Assembly (NCBI RefSeq): GCF_004010195.1
Contig: NC_057711.1
Span: 81,481,366 to 81,545,365 of the forward strand
DNA: 64,000 nt
Direction: 5' to 3'
Source: Chiloscyllium plagiosum
Lineage: Eukaryota
Shown: one piece after another, positions 25,710 through 38,510 of the stretch
Numbering within the stretch: position 1 is the stretch's first letter
Layout of the letters: every line of letters starts with the position of its first letter
Notes under the pieces: generated by a model
What the model was told of the DNA's origin: nothing
The model's input: only the letters and a program-made list of their open reading frames with translations
Database searches by the model: none
Translations under genes and position numbers: made by a program

Positions 25710-27515
25710 CATGTAACACACTCACTGGTATGTTGAAAATGTATCAGCTTCCCACTGACATCATAGGGCCCCATTCAAAATCTAATGAGACTTCTGCCAT
25801 ATTTTGCAGAAGTCTAGGCTTTCCAACCAAAATAGCATGAACCCAGATGTCAGCATGGCCCAAGGTGATAGGTTGCCATTTTGATTTTCCACCTACTCCT
25901 TTCCAGTTTGCGGAGGGGAATAACGTTATTTTAAACTGACTGTATTTGTTCATATCCAGAAGCATGTGTGGTAGCAACAACATTTTTTAAAATGAATGAA
26001 AATAAAGAATTACAAAAAACCAAGCAAATGCTTAAAAATGAAAATAAAAGAAAAAAGGGCACAAAGAAGAAAAATAAATTAAAGAAGGAAGGTTTTAAAT
26101 TTTTTTAGAAGTCGACTGTAAATTACACATGAGCACTTAACAAATCAGAAGTGAGCACATGTAGTCAGAATTTATCATCAGATCTTTGGTGACAGCAGAC
26201 ATTTCATTTTAAATTAGGTTTTTTTTCCTTATCTTTGAGAGGTTTGATAACTAGTTCAAGCTGACAGTTCTCACTAAAGCATGTCATTTTACAAGAGGTT
26301 TCGCGGGAACCCCAACAAGTGATGTTTCCCTAGAACCTCCACCACATATAATTGTGGTGAAACAAGACAAGCTCAGAGAAAATTCAGAGCATTAAACATG
26401 TTGTTACAAACCAACTATTTTACCACCTAAGATGCAACCGAGTACACACTCCCAGTTGCATATCTTGTTTCAACGGAGGTAAGATAAGAATGAGGTCTTT
26501 ATCCCCTCAGGTCACATGCTACAATAGAATGAAGATTTCATCAACTTATCTCTTAAATGCACACTGATACTGCCCATAAGACATAGCACAAAATCACCCT
26601 TTATCCAAAGGTAAAAGCATATCTTAAACAGATATATAGACAAATGTTGTCAATTTGGTAATTATACAAACTGGTTTAGAGCTGTTTTAATACCTTTAAC
26701 GTTTCCTGGCTAACTATTCAAGTAAGTAACTCAGAGCCAACCAAAATCTCCAACTCTAACTCGTAATTAAGGACTTTTTTGGACAGCTCCAGATGTCAGA
26801 TTATCACCCAATAAAAGTGTCAACTTCCCAGTTAGTTCCAGCAGAGTACACCGAAAATTGTGCATGCTCCCAAAACACAATAGCAGGAAACATTTCAGCA
26901 ACAACTATCTTCCCATCAGAAGATCCAGGCCATTATATTTAATGTTGCACTGTGAAGAGCAAACAAACGCAGTAAAAAAAGTAACATTTGTAAATGGATG
27001 TTGAGATCCTCCATTCTGTAGTATACAAAGCAAAGGGAACCAGTAGATCTCATTTACCAGTTTTACTGTGTTTGTCCTTGTTGTTCCTCACAATTAGGAG
27101 CAATTAATGCTGAACAAACCTACCGCCCAGTTTATCTTCCTCATAGAATCCCTACAGTGCAGATAAAGGCCATTTAGAATCATAGAGTCATGGGAATATG
27201 CAGCACAGAAACAGACCCTTCGGTCCAACTTGCCTATGCTGACCATAAGATCCTAAATAAATCTAGTTCCATTTGCCAGCATTTGGCCCGTAGCTTTCTA
27301 AATCCTTCTTATTCTTATACCCATCCAGATGCCTTTTAAATGTTGTAATTGTACCAGCCTCCACCACTTCCTCTGGCAACTCATTCCATACATGTACCAC
27401 CCTCTGTGTGAAAAAATGCCCCTGGATCCCTTTCAAATCTTTCCCCTCTCACCCTAAACCTATGCCCCCTAATTTTGGATTCCCCCATCCTATGAAAAAG
27501 ACGTTATCTTTTCAC

Positions 27516-27736
27516 GATTTAGAGATGCCAGTGTTGGACAGGGGTGTACAACAGACAATCAAGGTATTTTTCAATGTATAATTTCAGTTACATCACACTG
27601 TAAATTTTTGCTATAAATTCTGTGTTTTAGGATTGAGTCCTCCACTATCACCTGATGAAGGAGCGATGCTCCGAAAGCTAGTGTGATTCCAATTGAACCT
27701 GTTGGAGTATAACCTGGTGTTGTGTGATTTTTAACT
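27516..27736 (+). mobile_element. PLE-derived short element (family 2) inserted in CR1
   Basis: Same termini as the 15342 and 47218 elements; near-TSD TTATCTTTTCAC (27504-27515) / TTATCTATTCAC (27737-27748). Confidence 0.8.
27647..27687 (+). ncRNA. Minimal hammerhead ribozyme motif (intact core)
   Basis: CAC-CUGAUGA-A-GGAGC(GAU)GCUCC-GAAA-GCUA-GUG; palindromic AGCU stem III; CUA cleavage triplet. Confidence 0.75.
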
Positions 27737-27903
27737 TTATCTATTCACCTTATCCATGCCCCTCGTGATTTTGTAAACCTCTATAAGGTCACCTTTCAAC
27801 CTCCGATGCTCCAGCCTATTCAGCCTCTCCCTATAGCTCAAATCCTCTAAAATTGGCAACGTCCTTACATATCTTTTCTGAACTATTTCAAGTTTCAAAA
27901 ACA

Positions 27904-27942
27904 TGTTTCCCTTGCCGGGAATCAAACCCAGGCTGTGGCAGT
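27904..27942 (-). pseudogene. tRNA-Glu 3'-half retrocopy fused to the 5' end of a truncated CR1
   Basis: Minus strand ACTGCCACAGCCTGGGTTTGATTCCCGGCAAGGGAAACA compared with vertebrate tRNA-Glu 3' half ACCGCCGCGGCCCGGGTTCGATTCCCGGTCAGGGAA(CCA); mismatches are mostly CpG decay. Confidence 0.65.
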
Positions 27943-29480
27943 TGGTCCATCAAGGCTGCACTGACTATCTAACGAACATCCTACCCAGACCACTCCTTAT
28001 CCACATTTACCATGGCTAATCCACCTAGCCTGCATATCCCTGGATGCCACCAGGCAGTTTACCATGGGGTAATCCACCTGACCTATATATCTTTGGACTG
28101 TGGGAGGAAACCTGAGCACCCAGTGGAAACACACAGGGGAGAATGTGCAAACTCCACACAGGCAGTCGCCTGAGGCTGGAATTGAACCGAGGTCTCTGTG
28201 AGGCAGCAGTGCATGTCACGAAGCAACCATGCTGACCCTGATGTAACTTGGTAATGAGAAGAACAACTGTGTTCTTACATCTGCTCATGTCACTGTCCCC
28301 TCAAAAGAAAGCAAGGGAACAAAACATTAGAAAGTACAGTTGTACCAGGATATTATATATGTTTTTGTGAAAGAGCAGGGCAGACAGGGAAGTGAGTAAG
28401 GGAACTATGATACCTGTGAGAAAGAAATGGAATTCATGTAGAAATAGAGGTTGAATTTCCTCCCCATTAATTTGTACTTCTGTCTGTTCCCTCTCTTGTA
28501 CCTTACACAATCTATACACAAGAGGATGGACTGGATACCTATGCTCGGGGTTTCATCTCTGTCACTCAGTTGTTGGTTATTAGACAGTACAGTGTGGGTT
28601 ACCATATGATGTTCATTTTCTGTGGAATTATGCTCGGCCTGTGCTCTGCAACTTCTCTCAGCAGCATGGTTGAGTTCAGTTGTTTACTATGTCAGGAATC
28701 ACAGTGTAACATCAAACTGGGTTTTAGAAATCAACTGACTTTATCGCGATCGAGTGTTCCTTCAGTGGAGACAAAGTCTGATAATGTGAAGAAGGAAGCT
28801 CATCATTACGCTTTGTCTGCATCGTACAAGGTACTGTCTGAATTTACAGTTTCAGTACCTCTTTTAATTACATTGATGTTATTTGTGGGTTTGATAACTA
28901 GCTCGCATATAATAAATCTTCCCCTCTACTGTAGAAAAAAACAATTACTGCTCAGGTTATTTTTAATGTTCTATATTGTTATTCATTTATGAGGTGTCCA
29001 TGTTTTCTTCACATACTATGATTACTCAAGCATTGGGGTCAGCCACCCTTTAAATGAATTATGGACCATTACATTTAATTACTTCCTCTCTAAGCTAAAT
29101 TAGCAAATCACATTTACTTCCAACTACATTCAATTAATACCCAACAGCGGTTCCCAAAAGGTGTCAGATCTGCTACAACAATAATATAAGACTGACATCT
29201 TGTGCTTAATAAGAAAAACAATTGAAATTCCCATTTCAAATCTAAAATAATTTCACATTTGCTATATTGATCTCTCTTCAGGAGGATTTATGAGATATGG
29301 ATTATATCACATTGATGGAAGACAACCTGAAGATACACTGTGTCATGAATGAATTTTCCGGTGGTTGATTTGCTAAAAAGTAATTTCCTAGCAGCATCCA
29401 TCTGAAAGAGCAGTTGTGGAATTATACTACTGCCCCACCCTACCAGATAAATTACCTATGTTACAGTAAGCAAAGAAAAT

Positions 29481-29880
29481 CATTCATTTATGCAGAACTT
29501 TTCAAAATCTCAAGATATTCCAAGGCATTTCATTGTCACTTTTGTATTATAGTTACTATTGTAATACAACAAATGCAGCAGCCTTAACTAGGGCCTGCAT
29601 TCAGCAATAAAGCACAAGATCTATTTTGTGATGTTGGTTGAGGGAAAATGTTAATGAGGACAGGAAGCATCAAGAGGTCTTCAAAGTACTTACTGGAATT
29701 TGTGGTGACAGAGAGTGATCGATTCAGAGGAAATTCACAATTCGAAGATCTTCTTCTTCGAATAGTACAGTAGGATCTTTCCCACCTACCTTACAGTGCT
29801 ACGGTTTAACATCTCATCTGAAAGACTGAATCACTCCCTTAGTACTGCACTGGAATGTTCACCTGGGTTGTAGGCTCAAA
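29481..29880 (-). mobile_element. Deu-SINE (SacSINE1-like)
   Basis: Reverse of the Deu domain ('gtgatgttggttgaggga', 'cttcttcgaatagt..ggatcttt', 'ggtttaacatctcatctgaaagac', 'ctcccttagtactgcactgg') plus an L2-like tail. Confidence 0.75.
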
Positions 29881-31131
29881 ATTCACTATTAGTATCAAGT
29901 GAGGATGGGCTGAATCATTTAGCTCTTTTCCTACTCCTTATTTGGTTTCATCAGCTTTTTCTTAAAATAATACACCTGCCAATGTGATGAGTTGTTAACT
30001 GTTTATGTGCTGTGGCTGGAGAAGACTCAGACAGGTTTCCTGATGTTTTAAAAAGAAAAGTGAGCAGTTTTTGTTGCCTCACCTCACTGTAAGAAAAACA
30101 ATAACCGTCCAACTTCCACAAAAACGTGGTTGAAATTCACATGTCCTTAAATAGATTAGAGAGATAATGATTTAAGCAATTTAATATCCAAAGATACCAA
30201 AGGATCTAAAAATCTTGAACGTGGCGAATTAGCTGACTTCAGGCTGAACTTGATTATCCTTCTGAGTTTAGAGTCATGACAGTTTAAAGACCTAAATGAA
30301 TGATGCATCTAATCTTTCAAAGATGGCAACTGCTAGGTTAAGTTGTTTTTTAAAAGATATCTGCTATGGCACATAAAAAGTGAAAAACACAGCAGTCAGT
30401 GTTTGAAATTTGCAACTTGCCAAGAGAGAGAAAGAGAGAGAGAGAGAAAAGAAGAGGGACAGAGAGATCTACAAAAGGTCTGCAGAGAAAGCGTAGGTTT
30501 AAGAACATAAAGGATTAGTTGGCTTATTACATGGTCCTCTCTCTCTAACTGCCCACTTACACCAAATACAACAGTGGTATAATAGATTGTAGATATGTGA
30601 CTTAATTGATTGGAGAATGTCTAGAACTCCATTCGTAGCCAGAGTCCAATCCTACAAGCAAATGTGTAGCCATCTGTGATTTGTTTCTACAAAGTTAAAT
30701 ACTCAAGGTGACCTGAATGTTTTCTAACAGGGAAGAGATGGCCCCCATTCTGACCCATTCCAGCGAGGAATTGCAGACAGGTAAACTCCATTTAATGGCC
30801 TTGGAACGTAAAAGGTAAGGTGATGCAAATGTGTAGCCGTCTGCGACAATGATTTTAAATCCTTATAACATGATGTCAGTCTTTTTCTTTTAAAAGAATA
30901 ATTTTGTATGAACGTTCTTCATAAAGCATGGCTTGAAAGCATACTTACATTTATCAGACCAAGACAAATAGCAGAAAGAGTCATTTCTTCCCTTGCAATT
31001 GCTACATTTAAAGAATCAAGATTATCAGCTTCAGAGCTGTTTCATATTGATCACCTTGTCCTCAGACTTCTGGTAATAACAGGCGGCTTCTTGTTCTTCA
31101 GTGGAAATAAAACTGAGAATCAAAAACAAAT

Positions 31132-31940
31132 TATATTTATATAGGACCTTTAAGATAAAGAACATAATTCCTAAGGCACTTCAGAGAAGCAGTATAAGAC
31201 TATGTACAACACCAGGTCTCACTGACAGATACCAAGTCAAATTACCAAATGCTTGGTCAAAGAGTAGGTTTTAAGGAATGCCTTCTAGGAGGAAATTGAG
31301 GTCAGGAGGCTGAGGGTAAGGAGGTCAGGGAGGGTAAACCAGACCTTGGAGCTGAGATACAGGGAGGGTAAACCAGACCTTGGAGCTGAGATACAGGGAG
31401 GGTAAACCAGACCTTGGAGTTGAGGTACAGGGAGAGTATTCCAGAACTTGGGACTGAGGTACAGGGAAGGTATTCCAGAGCTTGGGACTGAGGTACAGGG
31501 AGAATATTCCAGAGCCTGGGACTGAGGTACAGGGAAAGTATTCCACAGCTTGGGGCTGAGGTACAGGGAGGGTATTCCCGAGCCTGGGGCTGAGGTACAG
31601 GGAGGGTATTCCAGAGCCTGGAGCTGAGACAACTGAAATCTCAACATGCAATGGTGGAGTAATTAAAATTAGAAGTCCAGATGTAGCTAGAATTAGAAGA
31701 GCGCAGAAATTTGAGAGTTCTGAGGCTGCTGAATGTTACAGAAATGGGGGGGGATTATGCATGGATTGGCAAATAAGGATGAGAACTTTGAAATCAAGTT
31801 GTTGCTTGGCCATGTTATAGTTCAGCACCATAGTCGTGACAGGGAAGTAGAACTTGCTGTTATTTAAGACACAGGCAGCTGAGGTTTGGACAATCTAATG
31901 TTTACAGAGGGTAAAATGTGGGAGATGAGCTGGGAATGCA
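31132..31940 (-). mobile_element. L2-clade LINE 3' end, decayed
   Basis: 'tatttatataggaccttt...cctaaggcacttca...accaaatgcttggtcaaagagtaggttttaagg' is a typical reverse L2 tail. Confidence 0.65.
31327..31628. repeat. 34-bp minisatellite, about 9 copies
   Basis: AGGGAGGGTATTCCAGAGCTTGGGACTGAGGTAC-type unit; period 34 (31327, 31361, 31395...). Confidence 0.95.
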
Positions 31941-34920
31941 TTCTTAGCTCCTTCACCCTCCATCATCTTGCCTGCCTGAAACCTTTTCTTTCCCTTATCT
32001 TTGTTAAAAAAGATACTCCCTGGTACCTGAACTCCTCACACCCTTCCCTCTGTTCACAATTTATCATTGTATTTGTGGTCTCCAATTAACAAAGTTTTGC
32101 AAGTTCCAATCCTTCCTGCATATCCCACCTGCAACCAAACACCCAGAGGAAAAGAACAATTTTAAAATGGAACATTTAAAAATTAACATACTGCTAGTAC
32201 CGAGCTGTCTTTGGAAATATTCAAGATGAGTTGGACAGTATGTGTTATTTCTAAGTTTAAATAGTTTCACCTCCTGGGCTACACATTAATTTATTAATCA
32301 TCTCACACTCTATTCTCATCAAGCTTATTTTGTCTGTTACACTCAATATCGGTCACATTTCGTCACCATTCATCCACCAATCTGCATCCCAGTGCTTGCC
32401 AATATAATCTTTCCTCATGCTACCCCTTTCAAAGAAGAGCCTTTGACCAACTCTGAACTCTCTATTCAACTTCTTCCAATGTAATTCGCATCCCAACCAG
32501 CTTCACGTGGAAGGTAATATCCTGCAACATTAATTCTGTTTCTGCATAAATGTTGTCTGAGCTGCTGAGTAGTTCAAACATGTTATTTTTTTATGTTTCA
32601 TGTGACTTCAGTGTGCTACCTTTACTTGATTTTTCTGGGAGTTTTCAGTACACCCAGCCACTATATTATCCCCAACGTCTTATCTCATTGATACACGTCC
32701 ATTATAACCAAGCTAAATTTCTCCAGCGCTATCCTCCTTCACACTAAATAGCCTCCAATTATCAGGAAATCTACAGCCATATTCTTTCCAGCACAAAGAT
32801 CCTTGTTGAGCTCTCCTGGGTCTCCACCACTCACTGCATCAACTTGAAAATTTCCACTTTTAAATCAGTCCATAACATCATTCTACTCTTTGCAATATTC
32901 TCTAAGATTCAGGATGCTTCATCAGATGACAGATACTGAATGATGCAACACACTGCATCAACAAGATCGCTATATTATCATCTATTTCCAATCTAATGCC
33001 ATGAGGTTTTGGGCCTGGGTTCTAGCACCAGTTCTTTTAACCTTGAACTAAAACCCATGATGCAATGCATTAGTTGATTAGTCTAAACCTTGTGGCAATT
33101 GCAATAAATCTCACACAGGTTCTTTGGAAACATTTTATTCTTTGTGTTTTAGTGCAGATTTCTTAGACTTCCAGATTTATAAGATACATAGGTTGCTTTC
33201 TTCCCTGTCACAAGAAAAGATACGCTCTGCTGGCCCCTGGCTTTTAGCAATTAAACAATAATTTGCAAATAATGAAACAGCCTGAGGGGTTTGATCAATG
33301 ACCTGTGTCTCAGACATGTTGTTCTGAGAAAACCACATCTGCCAACATAAAGTATTGAAGCAATCATAGCTCAGTGAACGCCATAATAAGCACTGTTATA
33401 CTGGAACCATCAGTCATGTTTGGTTACAGACCTGAAAGGATATGACACCTCAGGGAGCAATGTCCTTCCATAAATTTGGGCAGCAATGAATAATGATTTG
33501 CAATCAAGTGATGAAGGAGCAAAGGAGAGAGAGAGAAAAGTCTTTCATGCATACAAATGTACAGCACAGTTTAAAAAAAATACTAAACTTGGCAATGTTA
33601 CCTTGTTATGTAAAGTACCCAGCTGTCAAAGTAATTAAGATACAATTTGAGGAATTTTATCACTGAATTTTCTAACCATACTGCTGTTGAAGAAGGTGGC
33701 ATTTATTCCTTCTTCTAAACTGGTCACATTGCATTTTGATAATGCAATTCAATCTAATCCACCGAAATAGTTATTAACCTTATGGCATGTATATATTAAA
33801 AAGCACTTTAGCAATTTTTACTCCTGTAATGTGGAAAAAAATAGCATCAACTAACACATTGGAAGTAACTGTATAAAGTTTTTTTTTGAATACAGTAAAA
33901 GACACAAAAATGTGTAATAAATTAATAATTGTATCAAAGAGAGCACTGCATGCCTTTTTGCCCAGCACTGATGGTTTTGCATCTGCAAAGAAGAAAGCAC
34001 ATTGGCTCTTTTGAACTCAGACCACCGCCTAATGTTTGATGCACATTGTTTGTGTTAGAAGTCCCTGGCATCATGCTCTGTGACCAGAATATAAAGCATC
34101 TCGGGAGAGACATTAGACTGCTAACAGAACATGGTAGCAGATGGTCCTAGGTTGGCATGTGCTTCTTATCCGGACAGATGCGGAGACAATTATACCTGAA
34201 CACGTTATAAACTGTAATTCATGATGATTGGCTGTGATCTTTTAAACAAAAACATTTCCTAATTATTGGATTATGACATAGGCCTCATATGATAACTATG
34301 AAAAATCAATTACATTAATGAGGAAGGGCTTCTTTTAATGATTTACATGTCCCAACTCAAAAGATAAAAGCAGTATTTCAAAGTTAGCAAATTCAATTAG
34401 TATTGCTAACTCTGATTAAATAGATTCCTCAAGGTTTCATTACACAAGCTCTATAGCTTCTAACTAATGAGCCCAAGCCAGAAGCCTTTATACCCATTGC
34501 CAATATTTTTAGAACTAATCAATGAAATTGTTCAATGAAAATGGGACACAAGCATTATCATCACATATTTATTCTATTTCTTCTTTCAACTTGCTCACTG
34601 CAATGCACAGGACATTTTTATTTAATTTTTGAAGACTGTTGGGACTGCTCTGAAATATTGGCAATACTAGATTCAATGCTTAAAGGTTTGCTCCATCAGT
34701 GAGAGAAAACGCCAAGACAAAAGCTGAAGTTTTCATGTTTGCTCACTTTTGATAAATGCACATTAATAAACAGTCAATTACTGTCATCATCCACAAAACA
34801 CAGAGAAATAAATTAATTTGTTCTTAAATTCAAGCAGAATTGGATATGAATGTGCCTGCTGTCTCGCTCAAGGGTGAATCAGATACACGAGTCTGAGAAA
34901 GAAGATGGGTGATGTGGACA

Positions 34921-36190
34921 ATTAGAATTAGAATTAGAATCAGCTTCATTGTCTGAGTTACTCAAATGAGTACAGTGTACAAGTACCACTTCTGGTGCTG
35001 TCTAATTTACAAAGGTCCCAAAGTGCAGCTCCTTCAATTACGTTCTTGGTAAAATAGTGAAGTAAAAAGTTCATCATTGTAGGTTTCAGGAACAAATTAT
35101 AAAATGAAAAATAAACTTCAGAACAATTATCTTCTGACCTAGGCCATGCTAGCACCTAGCCTCCAGTCCACACTGGGCTTCACCTCAGGGCTCACGAGGC
35201 TGGCAGATCTGGAATTATCTCAAAACTGGAAGCCCCTGATGAGGCCACGCCAGGCCAAGAGACCGCCACGTATCACCAGAAGACCACCATGCCAGGCTGA
35301 GAGACTGCTAAGCTGGGTCACTGGGAAATCGCTATGGCAAAACAAGAGGATTTCACACAAGGCTGGCAAACCACCATGCTAGACCGAGAGACCACCACGC
35401 TGGGCCAAGAAACTGGCAGACTGGGCCGAGAGACCACCACGCTGGGCCAAGAAACCGGCAGACTGGGCCGAGAGACCACTATGCTGGGCCAAGAAACCGG
35501 CAGACTGGGCCGAGAGACCACTATGCTGGGGTGAGAGACAACCATGTGGGCCAAAAGACCAACACGCTGGGCCGAGAGACAACCACGTGGGCCGAGAGAC
35601 CATCACGTTGGGCTGAGAGACCACCACGTGGGCCGAGAGACTACCACACTGGGCCGAGAGACCATCATGTAGGCCGAGAGACCACCATGCTGGGCCGAGA
35701 GACCATCACGTGGGCCGAGAGACCACCACGCTGAGCTGAGAGACCACCACGCGGGCCGAGGCCACCACGCTGGGCCAAGAGACTGCCACGCTGGGCCGAG
35801 AGACCATCACACTGGGCTGAGAGACTGCCACGCTGGGCTGAAAGACTGCCAGGCTGGGTCAAGAGACTGCCACACTGGGCCGAGAAACCTCCACGCCGGG
35901 CTGAGAGACTGCCAGGCTGTGCCAAGAGACTGAAACACTGGGCCAAAAGACCACCACGCAGGGCTGGAAGACCACTGCGCTGGGCCAAGAGACCATCACA
36001 CTGCGTCAAGAGACCGCCATGTTGGGCCAAGAGACCACCACACTGGGTCGAGAGACCACCAGACTGGGCCAAGAAACCACCATGCAGGGCCGAGAGACTG
36101 CCACACTGGGCCATGCGACCAACAGACTAGGCCAAGAGCCTGGAGACCACAATGCAGGGCCGAGCGACCGCCAGACTGGGCAACTGCCCT
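34921..36190 (-). mobile_element. Non-coding VNTR-containing retroposon, copy 2 (5' end not identified)
   Basis: (TTCTAA)3 tail on the minus strand; shares 'atgagtacagtg', 'tacaagt.ccactt' and 'tgggcttcacctc' with copy 1; internal 21-bp VNTR. Confidence 0.65.
35260..36182. repeat. GC-rich VNTR with 21-bp unit (CTGGGCCGAGAGACCACCACG)
   Basis: Directly visible tandem array of about 40 units. Confidence 0.95.
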
Positions 36191-36344
36191 AAGGTCACAA
36201 GAACAAGTGGGCTAACTAAGCTGAGCTGGGGACCTAGTAGATGCAGTCATTTCACCCAGTAATCTAGGTTTGGAAGGCTTTATTAAAATTGAGCTACAGG
36301 TTGAAGTCTTTTGATGCAAGCAATTTCAACCAGAAAACACAATC

Positions 36345-37140
36345 ATATAAATTACAAGGAAGAGCAGGTCACATAGTCTTTTAATGTCATTTAATAAGAA
36401 AATGGCTGAAATTTGTCTTTACCTGATTTCCTTCCAACTCCATATTAATGAATGATCTATACAGCACTGCCTTAAAAAGTTTTAATACTCTCTTGTCATC
36501 GCCTTTTGACGAAGACGGTTCCAAAGACTCATGACCCTCTATAAGAATAAAATTCTCCCAATCTCTCTCTTAAATGGGTGACCACCATTTTTAAACAGTA
36601 CCCATAATTCTAGATTCACTCACAAGAGAAAACATCCATTGTGTGCCCTCCCTGAATGTTTCATTTCATAAATGTTTCAATCAAGTCCCCTCTCACTCTC
36701 CTAGACTTCAATGGAGATGAGCTTAGCTTGTCCAACCTTTCCTCCTAAGTCAGCTGTCCCATTCCAAGTATTAGACTGATAAACCTTCAATGGACTTCTT
36801 CCAATGCACTTACATCCTTCATTGAGTAAGGTGACCAATACTGCGCTGCAGATGTGGTCTCACCAGTATCCTATACAACTGAAACATAACCTCCCTATCT
36901 TTGTACTCAACAGTCCTCACAAACGGTGATCATGCATGAGGACACTCAAATCCTTTTCCTTTTAGATTAATATTTTTTTTATTTTTTTTCTTCCAACTAA
37001 AATTCACATTTTTCTACATTTTACTCCAATTATCAGATCTTTTCTAACTCACTTAATCTAACCACATCCCTTTGTAACCATCTTTTGTTCTTTTCACAAC
37101 TTTCCTTCCTACCCATCTTTGTTATCAGCAATTTCAGTAA
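36345..37140 (-). mobile_element. CR1 LINE 3' portion, decayed
   Basis: Reverse CR1 ORF2 end and 3' UTR ('ccaaagactcatgaccctct', 'gtggtctcaccagt'). Confidence 0.75.
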
Positions 37141-37164
37141 CTGTAAACAATAATGGCAAACACA

Positions 37165-38510
37165 GACCTATCAACCTCGCAAGGTTCTTCTTACCAGCAT
37201 CTAGGGGCTTGTGCTAAAATTGGGAGAAACATACCTTGCAGAAAATGTCCCAGGCACCATCTCTGAGTATATCCTGCCCCACAAGCAGAACAGATTTGTT
37301 CGAGGTAGTGGCACAGCAGAACACAGGTAGGAAGGAATTGCTTTGGGAGTCATTGATATTGGCTCTGGAACTCATGAAGTATCAAGGTATCAATTAACGC
37401 TTAGACAAGAAAACCTCCCACTGATTATAATCTACAGAACCCATGAGCGAATGAACCAGCACTCCTCTATGTTGAACCTTACTTTCAAAGGGTGGCAAGG
37501 GCACGGAATGTGCTCTATGACTAAGTAGCATCATCACTGATGGAGTTGGAAAAGTACCAAAGGCGAAGCTGGCCAACTTGGTCTGAAGTAGGTGGTGAGA
37601 GAATCAACAAGGTGGAATAATCTACTTGACCATAACCTCACCAATCTACCTGCCATAATGCAACCATAATAAGCATTTCCAGCATATTGGTATTTACCTG
37701 ACAATGTGGACAATTGTCCAGTTATGTCCACTGGACAAAAGGCAGAATAAATCTACAAATCTTGCCCTACTTGTCTACTTCCAATTATCATGCAAGTGAT
37801 GGAAGAAGTTGTCAACAATGCTATCAGGCAGCACATGCAAAGGAATAACCTGTTCACTGAAACCCAGTTTGGGTTCCGCCAGTGCCATTCACTTCTTGAC
37901 CTCGTGGTAGCTTTGATCTAAACATGGAGAAAAATGCTGAATTCCGGGGGTGAGTTGGCAATGATTGCGTTTGATGAAATTTAACCATGTATGATATCAA
38001 GGAACCCCAGTAAAACTGGAGTTAATGGGGATTGTGGGAAAACTTAGAGCTGGTTGGAGTCATACTTGACACAAACAAGGATGTTTTTGGTTATTGGAAG
38101 TCAGTCATCTCAGTTCCAGGACATCATTGTGGGAGTTCTTCAGGAAAGTGTCCATGGTTCAACCATCTTCTACTGTTTCATCTTCTTTTATAAGAAAGTC
38201 ATGAGTGGGAATATTTGCTGATGATTGGACAATGTTCAACGCCATTCATCATTTCTGAGATACTGAAGAAGTCCATGCCCAAATACAGCTAGGTCTAGGC
38301 AATATTCAGGCTATTGCTGATAAATGGCATGTAACATTCATGCCAACAAGTGCCAGGCAATGGTCATCTTCAGCAAGAGAGAATTTAACTACTGTCCCTT
38401 AATTGTCAATGCATTAGTATCATTGAAGCCCCCACTATGAACATTGTGTGGTTACTTTGAAGAGATTGAAATAAATACTGTGGCTACCACAGCAAGTCAG
38501 AATCTAGGGA
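37165..38510 (+). mobile_element. CR1-clade LINE (second family), internally deleted EN-RT relic
   Basis: RT motifs 'cagtttgggttccgcc' (QFGFR), 'ggagttcttcaggaaagtgtcc' (GVPQGS-like), 'tttgctgatgat' (FADD), 'aaatggcatgtaacattc'. Confidence 0.75.

Larger units (their letters stand above)
27175..27903 (-). mobile_element. CR1 (HER1-like) 3' end
   Basis: 'KLEIVQKRYVRTLPILEDLSYRERLNRL..RRLKGDLIEVYKI'; CATAGAGT tail; collinear with the copies at 51144 and 56254. Confidence 0.9.
27143..28231 (-). mobile_element. V-SINE (older subfamily) split by a CR1 chimera (tail 27143-27176, body 27943-28231)
   Basis: Tail 'catagaatccctacagtg...ggccattt' continues as 'tggtccatc' at 27943; V domain and B box follow. 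Confidence 0.75.

Noticed and set aside
35318..36114. Repetitive ORFs on both strands
   Set aside because: The 21-bp (multiple of 3) tandem repeat keeps frames open by chance.
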